DNA of 64,000 bases, taken from positions 20,708,001-20,772,000 of the forward strand of contig OZ024746.1 of the NCBI GenBank assembly GCA_964016885.1, read 5' to 3'. The translations under genes were made by a program, and so were the position numbers. Shown piece after piece: positions 13,691 through 25,924 of the stretch (position 1 is the first letter of the stretch; each line of letters begins with the position of its first letter). The stretch comes from Eledone cirrhosa. Lineage: Eukaryota. The notes under the pieces are model-generated. The model had not been told where the DNA came from, made no database searches, and saw nothing but the letters and a program-made list of their open reading frames with translations.

Positions 13691-14389
13691 TTCCTTATTG
13701 CTTTATATAAATTTTTCTGTAAATAAATATTTACAAAACGATAGTCACAACTAGAATACATTTTTCTGTAGGTCTGTCTGAATGGGGCTAATCCGGGTCT
13801 AAACAACAACATCAACAACAAAACGACACACGATAACAACGACAACAACAGCAACAACAATGATAACAACAATAACGGCATCACTAACCACAACAATACC
13901 AACGAAACGTCAATAGCGAATTTAAATCTATGGATTATGAGAATGTAGTTCAGGAATTTTCTCTGCGCTCAACTTCCTCACCTCTATAAATATGTGAATA
14001 ATGAATAATTAATGTAGTTAACATATTTCTTAGTTATCGTACAATACGTTCTCAATTATATATACAGCCATTAGGAAGTTTGGGTTGTTTTAGAGAGTTT
14101 TTATGCACTGAAAGTTGTCATAATTTGTAAATTAGCATTTTTGAGTAATAATACATGACAGCTATTTAGGAATTCTAGCCTTCATCTAAACACTTTCATC
14201 ATTTTGTCTGCGAGGTGCAGCTGAGATATGTTGAGTCCCCCCCCTTCATATCTTTATTTTAATAGTGTTTCATAAATTCTAAATAAACAAGTCTTGAGGG
14301 GAGACGAAAATGTTTTTAAAATAGCATAATCGTTTGAATTTTTAATGACGATTTTTTTTACAAACATCGTCGACTATTTTCATTATTGA

Positions 14390-14588
14390 ATATGGTTAGG
14401 ACAACATGCTTGGTGGCATAGATTATGGCGCTTCACGTTCTGATTTCAAATACAACCGCGGTTAGATTTGTCTTTCATCCTTAGGGGGATCGATAAAATA
14501 AAGTACAAGTAACGCACTGGGGTCGATTTAATCGACTTTCCCATCCCTAAAAATTGTTGGTCTTGTGCCTAAATCACAAACCGTTATT
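14390..14588 (+). mobile_element. SINE family 1
   Basis: Core TCTTTCATCCTTAGGGGGATCGATAAAATAAAGTAC, GTCGATTTAATCGAC hairpin and 3' part. Confidence 0.88.
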
Positions 14589-14789
14589 GAATATAATTAC
14601 TAATGAAATTGACATACGTTTTACTTTTAACTAGCATAACATTGATTCATTATCAGGGACCTAAAACTGTTAATGAAGGAGGTGTAATTATATGTATTAT
14701 AGTAGAGCAGGTAATCTTGTGTATATATAGCTGCTGAAATTTGATGTTACATACAGTCAACTAAGTTACTAAACGAGTTAAATTTATAC

Positions 14790-15140
14790 GTAGACCAGGG
14801 TAAGGCACGATGTTATGCTGTCAGCTCCGGTAGACGTTGCCAAGTCTGGCATGTAAGATTGAAGCTCGGAGTGTAGACCAGGCGATTTACCCTTCTTCCA
14901 GCTAGTCATCAGCAGCTGATATTGGCTTTTCGCAACACACCACCTCCAATGTGGCAGGCCGTCGAGGTAGGCACTGGAATCCAGATGGTCAATAGCCTGA
15001 AAGCTTGTCCTTTATTGCTGGTCATACGCAGCACCCAGCACCACTAACGTCCCTTCTGGGTCAGGGAGATGGTCGGTATTACGAGATCTAAGCCTTTCCG
15101 AAACACACCGACTCCGGCCCAGAGTACGGCCGAGTTGGAG
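14790..15140 (-). mobile_element. L1/Tx1-like LINE fragment (APE + RT N-terminus, internally deleted)
   Basis: Minus strand pieces VGVFRKGLDL, DPEGTLVVL, GQAFRLLTIWIP (APE-like) and KGKSPGL..YMPDL (RT N-term-like). Confidence 0.55.
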
Positions 15141-15337
15141 ATGTGTACACCCCATAGCTTCCATGACTACCTCAGACCACATGCATTTATACTGCCTATC
15201 CTGAGTAAAACCATGTTTGCTGAAGAGGAGCAAAGGTGAAAAGGGCCACTTACCGTATTTGTATAGGAGAAGAACGGTTATTCCATCTTTCTGGTTAATT
15301 GTGGGCACTTCCATAAGACTATTGCTGTATATGGAGA

Positions 15338-17070
15338 TTGAAAGCTCAGAAAATCAGAAGGTTTGCAAGTGAAATAGGTTTTACAGGAAAAATACGCTTT
15401 TAATGTCAGATGCTAAAAGGTTTTACTGGGAAATTAGGATAAATACAATTCAATAAAGGAAACTCCGTCAAGTCATAAGATTGAAGAATTTTGGAAATCA
15501 GTTTGAAGTACAGAAAAATGACAAAATGAGAATGCAGAATGGATAAAGAACATGAAAGTAGCTTACAATAATTTAGAAAGGTAGACTTGGCAAGACATAA
15601 CTATGGAAGAACTTGAGTTAGCATTAAAGAACGCCAATAGATGAAAATCTCCTGGGTTGACAAAGTGCCAAACTTCCGACTACCTTCTCTTTCAACTATT
15701 TATGATACGTTAGTGAAATGTTATAACGAAATTATGCACAACCCAGAAAAAACCGATTTGTTTTAAAAAAATATATATCTTTTGCCGAAATCGACATAAA
15801 CAAATATTCCAAACAATCATAGACCTATCACTTGCCTTTCAACATCATACAAAATTCGCACCTCAATTTTGAATGAGAGAAATTACACATTTATGGACGA
15901 AAGTAATATTTTCCCTAATGAACCGAAATGTTGTCGCCATGGGTCGTATGGTTGTAAAGACCAACTTCTAATTAACCGTACGATTCTGGAAAACTCACAA
16001 AAAGTATAAAAGTTTGAGTTCTGTATGGATTGACTATAAAAAGGCTTTTGATAGTGTTTTCCATTCAAGGATTTTGAAATCTTTGGATATTCTTAAAATT
16101 TCTCCAGTAATATCAAATTTTCTGAAATACATTTTTCTATGGAATATAAATCTATTATTGTAACACACTGATGGAATTATATATTCCATCAATATAAGCA
16201 TTCACTGTGGTATTTTTTAAGGCGAGTCGTTTTCTTCTCTGATATATTACATTACACTCATACGTTTGACACTGGAGCTTAATAAAACCTAATATGGCTA
16301 CAAAATAGATGGTAATAACATAAACCATCTGTTTTATATGGTTGACTCGAAACTGTATTCTAAACACGACAAAGAGTTGGAATGACTTGATGACAGTTAT
16401 GGTGTTCAGCGATGATATAGAGATGGATTTGTGACACATTTTTTCATGGTACTCCGCGCTCGGGATTTTAAAGGTTGGCAGGTCTGCAATATTTATATTA
16501 GATAATATGAAGATTGTATTGCATAAAGCAGAGGGAAATGGTATAACCATCACCCAGATGTAGTAACAGAAGGCAAGAATATGCAGTAACAGAGGATCAA
16601 GACCAATAAACTCAAGATAATAATGAAAGATTGTAAAAACAAAACATGCCTCTTAATTGAGATGATCATTCTATCAGATCGTAACAGCTCAAAACAGTTC
16701 CGAAAGCTCAGTAAATATAAAGACCTTACAGTTGATGCTACAGCATCTTAAGGCTGTACAATACCAGTTATAGTCGGTGAACTTGGAAGGATAGAAAAAG
16801 GAACAGAAAAATATTTGGACTAGATACCTGGAAAGTCATCTCTGCAACAGATACAGAAAATAGTGCCGACTGGCACTATCCATGTCCCGAGAAGGGCATG
16901 ATTAATTTAAATACCTTGCAAAGACATTTATTGCTGTGCTTATGTCTTTATTGCATTATTTACATGCCGATTGATTGTTAAATTACCAAATTTTGCCTCA
17001 GGTAACAGGTTGAAACTCGACAAGATATGAAAAATAAAAGCAGAATACAAAGGAAGTTTCTCATAATAAT
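15338..17070 (+). mobile_element. R4/Dong-clade non-LTR retrotransposon, degenerate, internally deleted
   Basis: Broken RT motifs KSPG.DKVPNF, HRPITCLST.YKI, GSYGCKDQLLIN, WIDYKKAFDSV, GIF*GES, INHLFYMVD; then WYNHHP, KLSKYKDL, TIPVIVGELG; ends in (TAA)n. Confidence 0.9.
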
Positions 17071-17263
17071 AATTGTTTCTATTTAAGGCACAAGGCCAGC
17101 AATTACCCAGTACATTACTGGTACTTTATTTTATCGACCCCGTAAGGATGAAAGGCAAAGTTAACCTCGGCCGGATTTGAACTCAGATCGTAAAGGGACG
17201 TAACTATGCTGGAAAGCATGTCTGACGCTCTACCGATACTGCCAAAATGGTTTCTGATTTTGC
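17068..17263 (-). mobile_element. SINE family 1, short-tail variant
   Basis: Reverse complement of A box, B box, core and tail. Confidence 0.92.
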
Positions 17264-17821
17264 GGGGAGGGGTAAGTCGATTAAATCGATTCCAGTGCAT
17301 TACTGGTACTTTACTTTTAAAATCGAATCAACTAAATATATCCTACCTCCATCCTTCCACCAAAAATAAATGTATGACCTCCAGCTAACATCAAATAAAT
17401 ACCACCAGTAATAACATGTTTTAAAACGACATCGATCACGGTAATAATAGCAAGACTGACCAGCATTATACATTCACACCTTCAACAACAATTAGAAGTG
17501 GCAACGTTTGTTAAGAATGAAAATATAACAAAAACAACTCCCCCTAAAAAACAGCAACAAATGCAGCTGTGTACTTTGACAGGACGGTAGCAATACAATT
17601 GAAAATTTCGAAAAAAAAAAAAAAAAAAAAAAAAATACCAATAAAAATGATCAATCAATCATTATTTAACGATTTTTTTTCAGACGGAGATATCTGCAAA
17701 ATGTAAAATTAGTGCTATTGATGTCGGTAGAGGGGAAAAATCAGAAGTTGTGATGTTCAGAAATCTTTTTCCGATTATGGTTGTACCAGTTCTTCCACCA
17801 ACGGGACAGCCCACCCAGGCT

Positions 17822-17991
17822 ATCGATCAAGAAGTGATGCTAGTGTTGTGAAATCTTGCATGCCTTAATTTCAACCCCTCTTATTAATAACTGTGTTGTT
17901 TCTTTTTAAGGACTATGTTGAAAAATAAACCTCATTTGGTCATTCCATGAGAGTATCTTGGTCAGCCTCTGAACTTTTCTGCTGACCGTCG
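17822..17991. mobile_element. Mariner-type MITE
   Basis: Matches 50008-50211; ends GTCAGCCTCTGAACTTTTCTGCTGACCGTCG-TA. Confidence 0.8.
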
Positions 17992-18010
17992 TAAAAACAG
18001 AATAAATGAA

Positions 18011-18318
18011 AATAATTGTTTCTACGTTAGGCACAAGGCCAGCAATTACTGGTACTTTATTTTATCGACTCCTGAAAGGCAAAGTTAACCTCGGCGGGAT
18101 TTGAATAAATGAAGATAATATTAGTGATATAGAAATGTTGGTTTTTTAATTTAGGCACAAGGCCAGCAATTATCCCAGTGTATTTATTTTATCGACCCCG
18201 TAAGAATGAAAGGCAAAGTTAACCTCGGCAGGATTTGAACTCAGACCATAAAGAGCCGTAACTCTTTGCTGCAAAGCATGGCGTCCGACCCTCCACCAAT
18301 ACTGCCAATTCATCGCTC
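18011..18318 (-). mobile_element. Two SINE family 1 copies (partial 18011-18105; near full 18138-18318)
   Basis: AGGCACAAGGCCAGCAATT..ATCGAC..GAAAGGCAAAGTTAACCTCGG..GATTTGAA occurs twice. Confidence 0.88.
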
Positions 18319-18784
18319 TTATTCAGAAATAAAGAAATGAGAGATGGATGGGACACAAAATAAGGAAAAAAAAAATACAATACAAAAAAAACTCTGTAAA
18401 TAGAGAAACTGAAAATGAAGTATAATAATTAAACAATAACAACAATAACAACAACCTACAACAAAACAAATAGAAAAATGTCCATCAAAGTTATATAATT
18501 AAAAAATATCATCGGTTTCAAGTTCGTTAAATGACTTGCTATAAGATTGATTGCTATCAAAGAAGAAATCTGTTACTAGACTTTCGATCATAAATTATTG
18601 ATATCTTAATTGCTTCTCTAGACACTATTCAACGTAGGTGAAGTATACTATATTTTCTTTTGTAAAGAACAGCGTTTTGTGACAGAAGCGCTGAAAATGA
18701 AGCAAGCAATCTGTCAGATTTGAGAAGCACTTGCGAGAAAATGTGAAAACTTTTTCTCTTACTTTCCCTTTTCCTCCCACCCCT

Positions 18785-18843
18785 CTCTCTCTTACACACA
18801 CACACATATATACAAATATATATATATACAAACACACACACAC

Positions 18844-18874
<31 letters not shown>

Positions 18875-19050
18875 TACAAATATATATATACAATGTACGT
18901 ATGTACGTATGTATGTATATATGTATGTATGTATGTATGTATGTACGTACGTATATATGTACGTATGTATGTATGTACGTACGTGTGTATGTATGTGTGT
19001 GTGTATACATACATATATACAAATATATATATATACAAACACACACACAC

Positions 19051-19083
<33 letters not shown>

Positions 19084-19370
19084 TGTATGTATGTATGTAT
19101 GTATATATACAAATATATATATACAAATATATATATATATATATGTATGTATGTATACACACACATACATACATACGTACGTACATACATACATACATAC
19201 ATTTATACATACATACATTTATACATACATACATTTATATATACATAATACATACATAATACATACATACAAACATACATACATACATACATACATACAT
19301 ACATACATACATACATACATACATACGTACATACATACATAAATACATACATACATACATACATACATGC
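18785..19370. repeat. Compound (TATG)n/(TACA)n/(TA)n/(CA)n microsatellite block
   Basis: Directly visible; source of the MYVC/IHTY ORFs. Confidence 0.97.
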
Positions 19371-19678
19371 ATATGTAAAAATATGTAAAACATTCCAAAC
19401 ATTTTGCATCTAATAACACGTACACATACAAAGCATATACACATGCACACATACAACTCAAAACATACACATCCACACATACAATAACATCCATATTTAC
19501 ACATACATACATACATACATATCTACCTAGTTGATGTTGTGTAAATTCCAATGAGAGTCTTGTGTCTATGTTAGAAACCGACTCTCTCTCTATTGGTAAA
19601 ACTCTGTGAAATTATAAAACCAGAAGAACATACATACATACATACATACATACATACATACATACATACATACATAAC

Positions 19679-19962
19679 TACATTTATGCATGTAAAGAGT
19701 TATACATACATACATTTATACATGTAAAGAGTTATACATACATACATTTATACATGTAAAGAGTTATACATACATATATTTATACATGTAAAGAGTTATA
19801 CATACATACATTTATACATGTAAAGAGTTATACATACATACATTTATACATGTAAAGAGTTATACATACATACATTTATACATGTAAAGCGTTATACATA
19901 CATATATTTATACATGTAAAGTGTTATACATACATACATTTATACATGTAAAGTATTATACA
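19679..19962. repeat. Minisatellite, 32-bp unit x 9
   Basis: TACATACATACATTTATACATGTAAAGAGTTA; TGTAAAG at 19691, 19723, 19755 and so on. Confidence 0.95.
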
Positions 19963-20152
19963 TATATTTTTCTTTTTTCTTTCATCTTTCACTCTATCTT
20001 TCAATGAAAGATTAACGTGTGAAGCATTAAGACTTTCCCCCTACTATATCAAGAGTTAAATTAATATATATTATTATTGTGCTACACTGTTCTCACGTGT
20101 TGGTCTTCCTTATTGACTCTTCACACACACACGCAAACACACATATAGCCCT

Positions 20153-20760
20153 ATACATACATACGATGGCTGCCCCCTCGTTATTGAGTATGGCCATTGC
20201 ACGTTGGCAGTATCGGTAGAGGGTTGGACGCCATGCTTTCTAGCATAGTTACGTCCCTTTACAGTCTGAGTTCAAATCCCGTCGAGGTTAACTTTGCCTT
20301 TCATCCTTACGAGGTCGATAAAATAAAGTACCAGTAATGTACTGGGTAATTGCTGGCCTTGTGCCTAAAGTAGAAACAATTAATTAATTCTATCGTGCAA
20401 TGCCTGTGCCTGAATATATTTTTTAATGTGAGGAAAGACTGTGCACTGAGCCAATCCCACTCTCTGAGCGACAGTAGCTGTAACTCGAAAAGAAGAAAAG
20501 ATCGACATCATCGGTAACTACTGAGCCGCAGGTTTTATATCGGAGTTATCCCAGTTTCCTGAGTTACCTTCTCCTAGATGAATGCCTTTACAAAGGCTAG
20601 GAGTCCTTCACTCTCAGTGGTTTAACCACGCGATCGGGTGTCCAGCCAGACTATTTCTATGTCCCCGCGCATATACATACTTATGTACATGTGTATATAC
20701 ATATTTACATACTTCTGGATGGCCGTTGACATACATACATACATGCATATATGCCTACAA
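20153..20760 (-). mobile_element. Bipartite RTE-derived non-autonomous element (family A), 5'-truncated, interrupted by a SINE
   Basis: Reverse complement of ~24680-25125 including the GGCCATACTCAATAACGAGGGGGCAGCC-(TATG)n tail. Confidence 0.85.
20203..20384 (+). mobile_element. SINE family 1, short-tail variant, nested in RTE-derived element
   Basis: Complete A box, B box, core and tail. Confidence 0.92.
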
Positions 20761-20932
20761 TTATGCTTATATACACCCAAACATACATGTACACTCACAT
20801 ACAAACATACACACTTATCAGTTAGTGTTGGTGAGTGCCAGCATGAATCCGCAGTACCATAGTATAAGATGTTACTCTGTTACTCTAGAATTTCTTTAGT
20901 GCTCCCCCGCCGGTTCCTCAGACAGAAAAGCA

Positions 20933-20969
<37 letters not shown>

Positions 20970-20970
<1 letters not shown>

Positions 20971-21075
20971 GAAATGAAGTGTTTTGCTCAAGAACACAGC
21001 GCACAACCCAGTCTAGGAATCGAACCCACGACATTATGATCGCAAGTCGAACATTCTTTCCATTAGGCCACACAC
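20970..21075 (-). mobile_element. SINE family 3 head
   Basis: Matches 2850-2965 (GAAATGAAGTGTTTTGCTCAAGAACAC..AGGAATCGAACCCACGAC). Confidence 0.85.
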
Positions 21076-21441
21076 CATAAAAGAGTTATTACCGTTTGGT
21101 AAAGAAAAAGTTTGTTGTTATTGTTTGATATATTTATTGTTACTAACGTCTGTTTCAATGTTTGTATCTTCAGTCAATAAACTATTATTTTTTACGCCTT
21201 GTAAAGCTTTTACATTCAGCCGTGTGATTAAAATGGCTGCAATTTGTTTTTCTCAATTACTTTTTTTTGGAAGACAATAAACACAAAAAAACTAAACAAT
21301 GTTTAAAAAATCTAAAAATGGCCAACCTTTTTCTCCAAATACATTCCAGATGATTCTCAGATAGAGATATTTAAAGAGAAATGCTTTCCCTTCAGTTACA
21401 CTTATCAAACAGATTTAACTGAATGACAAAATGGCAGATAT

Positions 21442-21629
21442 AAATAATGGTTTTTTATATAGGCACAAGGACAACAATTTTTGGGGAGGGGAAAGTCGAT
21501 TAAATCGACCCCAGTGCGTGACTGGTACTTTATTTTATCGACCCCGTAAGGATGAAAGGCAAAGTTAACCTCGGCGAGATTTGAACTCAGAACTTATAGG
21601 GTCATAACTCTATGTTGCAAAGCATGGTA
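21442..21629 (-). mobile_element. SINE family 1
   Basis: Reverse-complement core, hairpin and B box. Confidence 0.9.
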
Positions 21630-21747
21630 TCTCACTAATTATAGTAGTTTCTGACTAATAGTGACTTTTAGTGGTATCTCACTAATTATAGTAGTTTATA
21701 GCAATTTGACGGGTAGGGGAAAGTGGATTTAATCCACCCCAGTGCGT

Positions 21748-21791
<44 letters not shown>

Positions 21792-21892
21792 TTACTACTG
21801 CTGCTGCTGCTGCTAATATCATTAAAGATTTTTAAAAACTAGACCTGCTTACTCATTGACAACGCTGTACCGTCTAATAGAAATGCGCCAGC

Positions 21893-22095
21893 AAATGAGT
21901 ATGAGAAACCTACTAAATATAAAGATATAGAAATTAAGATAAGCAGAATGTGGCACCTTAAAACACAAACTATTCCGGTATTGATAGGAGCCCAAGGTGT
22001 CATAAAGAAAGGTGTTCAAAAGTTTATAGAAAACATACCTGGTAAACCTAGCATCTATGAAAGCCAAGTACCGCCAACATACTTCGTAAATTTTG
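21893..22095 (+). mobile_element. R4/Dong-clade LINE 3' ORF fragment
   Basis: EYEKPTKYKDIEIKISRMWHLKTQTIPVLIGAQGVIKKG..ENIPGKPS, homologous to ~16700-16900. Confidence 0.85.
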
Positions 22096-22426
22096 TAATA
22101 TATGTCAACACAATCTTTTCTGTTCAGATTTTAGAGCAAATTTAATTAATATTTAATACCATTCAAATATCTTCAATGCAAAATTAGTTCATATCTTTTA
22201 TAACTTCTTAATACTTCTTTACCTACTCCTACCTTTTTATATTTTCTCTTTCCCTTTTATTTATTTACCTATCAATGTTGGTGATGTGACATGGCAAGTG
22301 AATGTGAGGACGAAAACAAAAAAAGCTATCGAAAACTGTCAAAACAAATGATACCTGCCCTAAGTATCTGATTGATACTCGATACTTGGTAGTTGTTGCA
22401 CATAAATCGGAATCAATGGAAAATAT

Positions 22427-22913
22427 AATAATGATTTCTAGTATAGGCACAAGGCCAGTAATTTTTTTTTTTTGGGGGGGGGGGGGGAGTTGATTAAATT
22501 AGCCCTTGTACGTTACTGGTGCTTTATTTTATCGACCCTGTAAGGATGAAAGGCAAAGTCAACAATAATGATTTCTAGTATAGGCACAAGGCCAGTAATT
22601 TGGGGGGGGGGAGTTGATTAAATTAACCCCAGTACGTTACTGGTGCTTTATTTTATCGACCCTGTAAGGATGAAAGGCAAAGTCAACAATAATGATTTCT
22701 AGTATAGGCACAAGGCCAGTAATTTTTTTTTTTTGGGGGGGGGAGTTGATTAAATTAACCCCAGTACGTTACTGGTGCTTTATTTTATCGACCCTGTAAG
22801 GATGAAAGGCAAAAATAACCTCGACAGGATTGGAACTCAGAACGTAAAGAGCTGTAATTCTATGTTGCAAAGCATATTATCCGACGCTCTACCGATAATG
22901 TCAACCCACCGCA
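22427..22913 (-). mobile_element. SINE family 1 with 3' half tandemly triplicated
   Basis: AATAATGATTTCTAGTATAGGCACAAGGCC..GAAAGGCAAA three times head to tail, with one head. Confidence 0.92.
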
Positions 22914-23108
22914 CTCAGCAATACTACTAATAATACTACTAATAATACTACTAATAATACTACTAATAATACTACTAATGATACTACTAATAATGATTTT
23001 CCCAGAAAGAACTCTATTCAAAATCTTAGATATTTTTCTTTCTCCGCATGAAATTATCCTATTTGACGTTTTACATTTTTCATATATCTATTCTTACCGT
23101 CACAGCCA

Positions 23109-23109
<1 letters not shown>

Positions 23110-23139
<30 letters not shown>

Positions 23140-23360
23140 CTTCTTCTTCTTCTTCTGGGGGTAGGTAGAGTCATTAAGCACCCCTTCCAGAAACAACCGC
23201 CTCCAAATGATCCGACTGAATCCTCAAGCAAGACCAGCCCAGCTCATGGATGTTCTCCAACCATCTTGCTCGGGGTCTACCTCTGGCTCTCTTGCCGGTT
23301 AGTTTAACCCATAACATCTGTCCAGTGATTCTTTCCTTAGACATTCTAACTACACGCCCT
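23110..23360 (-). mobile_element. RTE-clade LINE 3' fragment with (GAA)n tail
   Basis: Homologous to 4095-4357; (CTT)n at 23110-23155 is its tail. Confidence 0.8.
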
Positions 23361-23969
23361 TAATATCGGAGCTGTGGTCTCTCAGTTCGGAGAAGTAACG
23401 GTTCTACCTGGAGTGACTCGGCGACCTCCAAGCTACACACTATATCGAGTAACGTTACTTCAAAGACAGTCGGTCTCTATTCTTCAATTTTCCACTATTG
23501 AATTTGTGAGTCATTAATAGTGTAGATATTAAAGTTTTGATGCATTCAACAGGAAGAGAATTAGTGAGAGTAGATGAACGAACAAACAACAAATAAGTAA
23601 CAACTCCAAAACAAAACAAAAAGACCTATTAATGTACGCATATATAATGCTCCTGACGAAGTGAGACATTGGAAAATTATATTTACCATGAACACAAGAA
23701 GAATGTCAATATATTATAACACAACAATTTAATAGACAAAGAAAGGAAATTGCAGCAATAGCAGGAAACCTGAACAAAAGAGAAAATCTATCCCCAAGGA
23801 ATTACTGAATAGAAAACAAATAAACAAATGAAAAGAAAAAAAACAACAGCCTAAAGATATGATTGTGCTTTTATGGTAAATATGAAATATAGGTTTCACA
23901 AGATCCGGGTCTTGTTTGGAACCAGTCATATGTCCTGATGTACTGAGAAAGAATATAAATCACTCTCTC

Positions 23970-24040
<71 letters not shown>

Positions 24041-24511
24041 GTGGTGATATCTCTGTAAGTACACACACGCACACACACTCACACACACACACAGATAACC
24101 ACGCACATATATAAGTAAATACACACACACACACAGATAACCATACTCATATATAAACACACATTCACACAAAAACAGATAATCACACGCATATATAAAT
24201 ACACATACACACATACTCACACACACACAGATAACCACGCACATATATAAGTAAATACACACACACGCACAGAGATAACCACACTCATATATAAACACAC
24301 ATTCACACACACACACAGATAATCACACGCATATATAAATACACATACACACACACATATGCACACACATATTAATACATACACGCTAGAACACAGGCAG
24401 AGATAATCACATTCTTATATAAGTATATATATCTTCTTTTTCGCCCACTTATTCATGTGAGGGTCCTGGGGGCAGAGTCCTCCAGGACGCCCTCATATGT
24501 ATGTATGTATC

Positions 24512-25125
24512 TTGTATTGGGTTACATATTACCAGTAGAACTCAAGAGTGACCCGACATGGTCAGGTCGTCGGCGACTAAACCGGCAACCCCATCAAGTT
24601 TACTTGGTGAGGAGGGTGATTTGGACACCCTACAGGACAAAAAACAAAACGTGACAAAGGGCGGAAGAACTCATAAGAGTCAACGACCATCCAAAAGTGT
24701 GTAAATATGTATGTACACATGTTCATATGTATGTATATGTATATGTGTATATACATGGGTGCATGTGTATGTATATGCGCGGGGATATAGAAATAGTCTG
24801 GCTGGACACCCGATCGCGCGGTTAAACCACTGGGTGTGAAGAACCCCTAGCCCTTGTCAGGGCATTCTTCTAGGAGAAGGCAACTCAGGAAACTGGGATA
24901 ATTCCGATATAAAACCTGCGGCTCAGTAGTTACAGATGATGTTGATCTTTTCTTCTTTTCGGGTTATAGCTACTGTCGCTCAGAGAGTGGGATTGGCTCA
25001 GTGCACAGTCTTTCCTCACATTAAAAAAATCTTCACGCACAGGCATTGTACGATAGAATTAATTAATAATTATTAATAATGGTATATCGTGCAATGGCCA
25101 TACTCGATAACGAGGGGGCAGCCAC
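24512..25125 (+). mobile_element. Bipartite RTE-derived element family A with 5' inversion
   Basis: GGCGACTAAAC..GTGAGGAGGGTG..GGGCGGAAGAACTC..GAGTCAAC body, tail CATACTCGATAACGAGGGGGCAGCC-(TATG)n; first ~45 bp inverted. Confidence 0.85.
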
Positions 25126-25227
25126 ATGTATGTATGTATGTATGTATGTATGTATGTATGTATGTATGTATGTATGTATGTATGTATGTATGTATGTATG
25201 TATGTATGTATGTATGTATGTATGTAT

Positions 25228-25836
25228 GTCAGGTCACCAGTTGGTGCTACTGGTAACATGTATCCCAGTACAACCTGTCTCATGGTCGGGTCGTTGGCGA
25301 CTAAACTGGCAACCCCACCAAGGTTTCCTGGTGAGGAGGGTGACTTTGGACATCCTGCAGGACTAAAAACAAAACCTGTCAAAGGGCAAAGGAGCGCTTA
25401 AGAGTCAATGGCCATCCAAAATCACCGGGAGAGATGACCCCTTAGCCTTTGTCAAGGCATAATTCTAGGAGAAGGAAAACTCTGATATAACACCTGCAAC
25501 CCTGATGGTATCCAATGATGTTGACTTGTTCTTCTTTTTGGTAAATATCATCTTGGTTAAGAGAGTGGGACTGGCTTTGTGCAGTGCCTTTGCTCACTAT
25601 AAAAGCTTCACGGCACAGGCATTGCTTTATATCTGGAGATCTCTCTGCACTTGTCATCACAGGGTACCATGGGCCCAGCACTATGTGTCAATAATTGTCA
25701 CAAGTGTAGTGTTTGTACCAGAGTTTTCAAGTCGCTGGCTGGACTAAAAAGTCACACTCGTTCAGCGCATCGGTAGGGGTTCTCCTACATGGATATAAAG
25801 TAGTGGCCGTACTCGAAAACGAGTTGGCAGCCACCA
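25228..25836 (+). mobile_element. Bipartite RTE-derived element family A with C2H2 zinc-finger remnant
   Basis: 5' UTR-like body joined to HKCSVCTRVFKSLAGLKSHTRSAHR* and CGTACTCGAAAACGAG..GCAGCC-(TATG)n tail. Confidence 0.85.
25232..25309 (+). ncRNA. Candidate HDV-like ribozyme (degenerate copy)
   Basis: P1 GGTCA/TGGTC, P2 CCAGT/ACTGG, CC in L3 with GG after P1, small P4, J4/2 CTAA; P3 imperfect. Confidence 0.45.
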
Positions 25837-25924
25837 TGTATGTATGTATGTATGTATGTATGTATGTATGTATGTATGTATGTATGTATGTATGTATGTA
25901 TGTATGTATGTATGTATGTATGCA

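Noticed and set aside
18625-19551. Long ORFs (MYVC/IHTY; also YIYI, CVCV, poly-D/H elsewhere)
   Set aside because: Translations of microsatellites open in many frames on both strands; not genes.
21138-21180. Minus-strand CTGAAGA..GAAAC..GT motif
   Set aside because: Stem II cannot form; insufficient support.
23650-23712. CTGACGA followed by a GACATT/AATGTC stem
   Set aside because: No GAAA or cleavage triplet after the stem.
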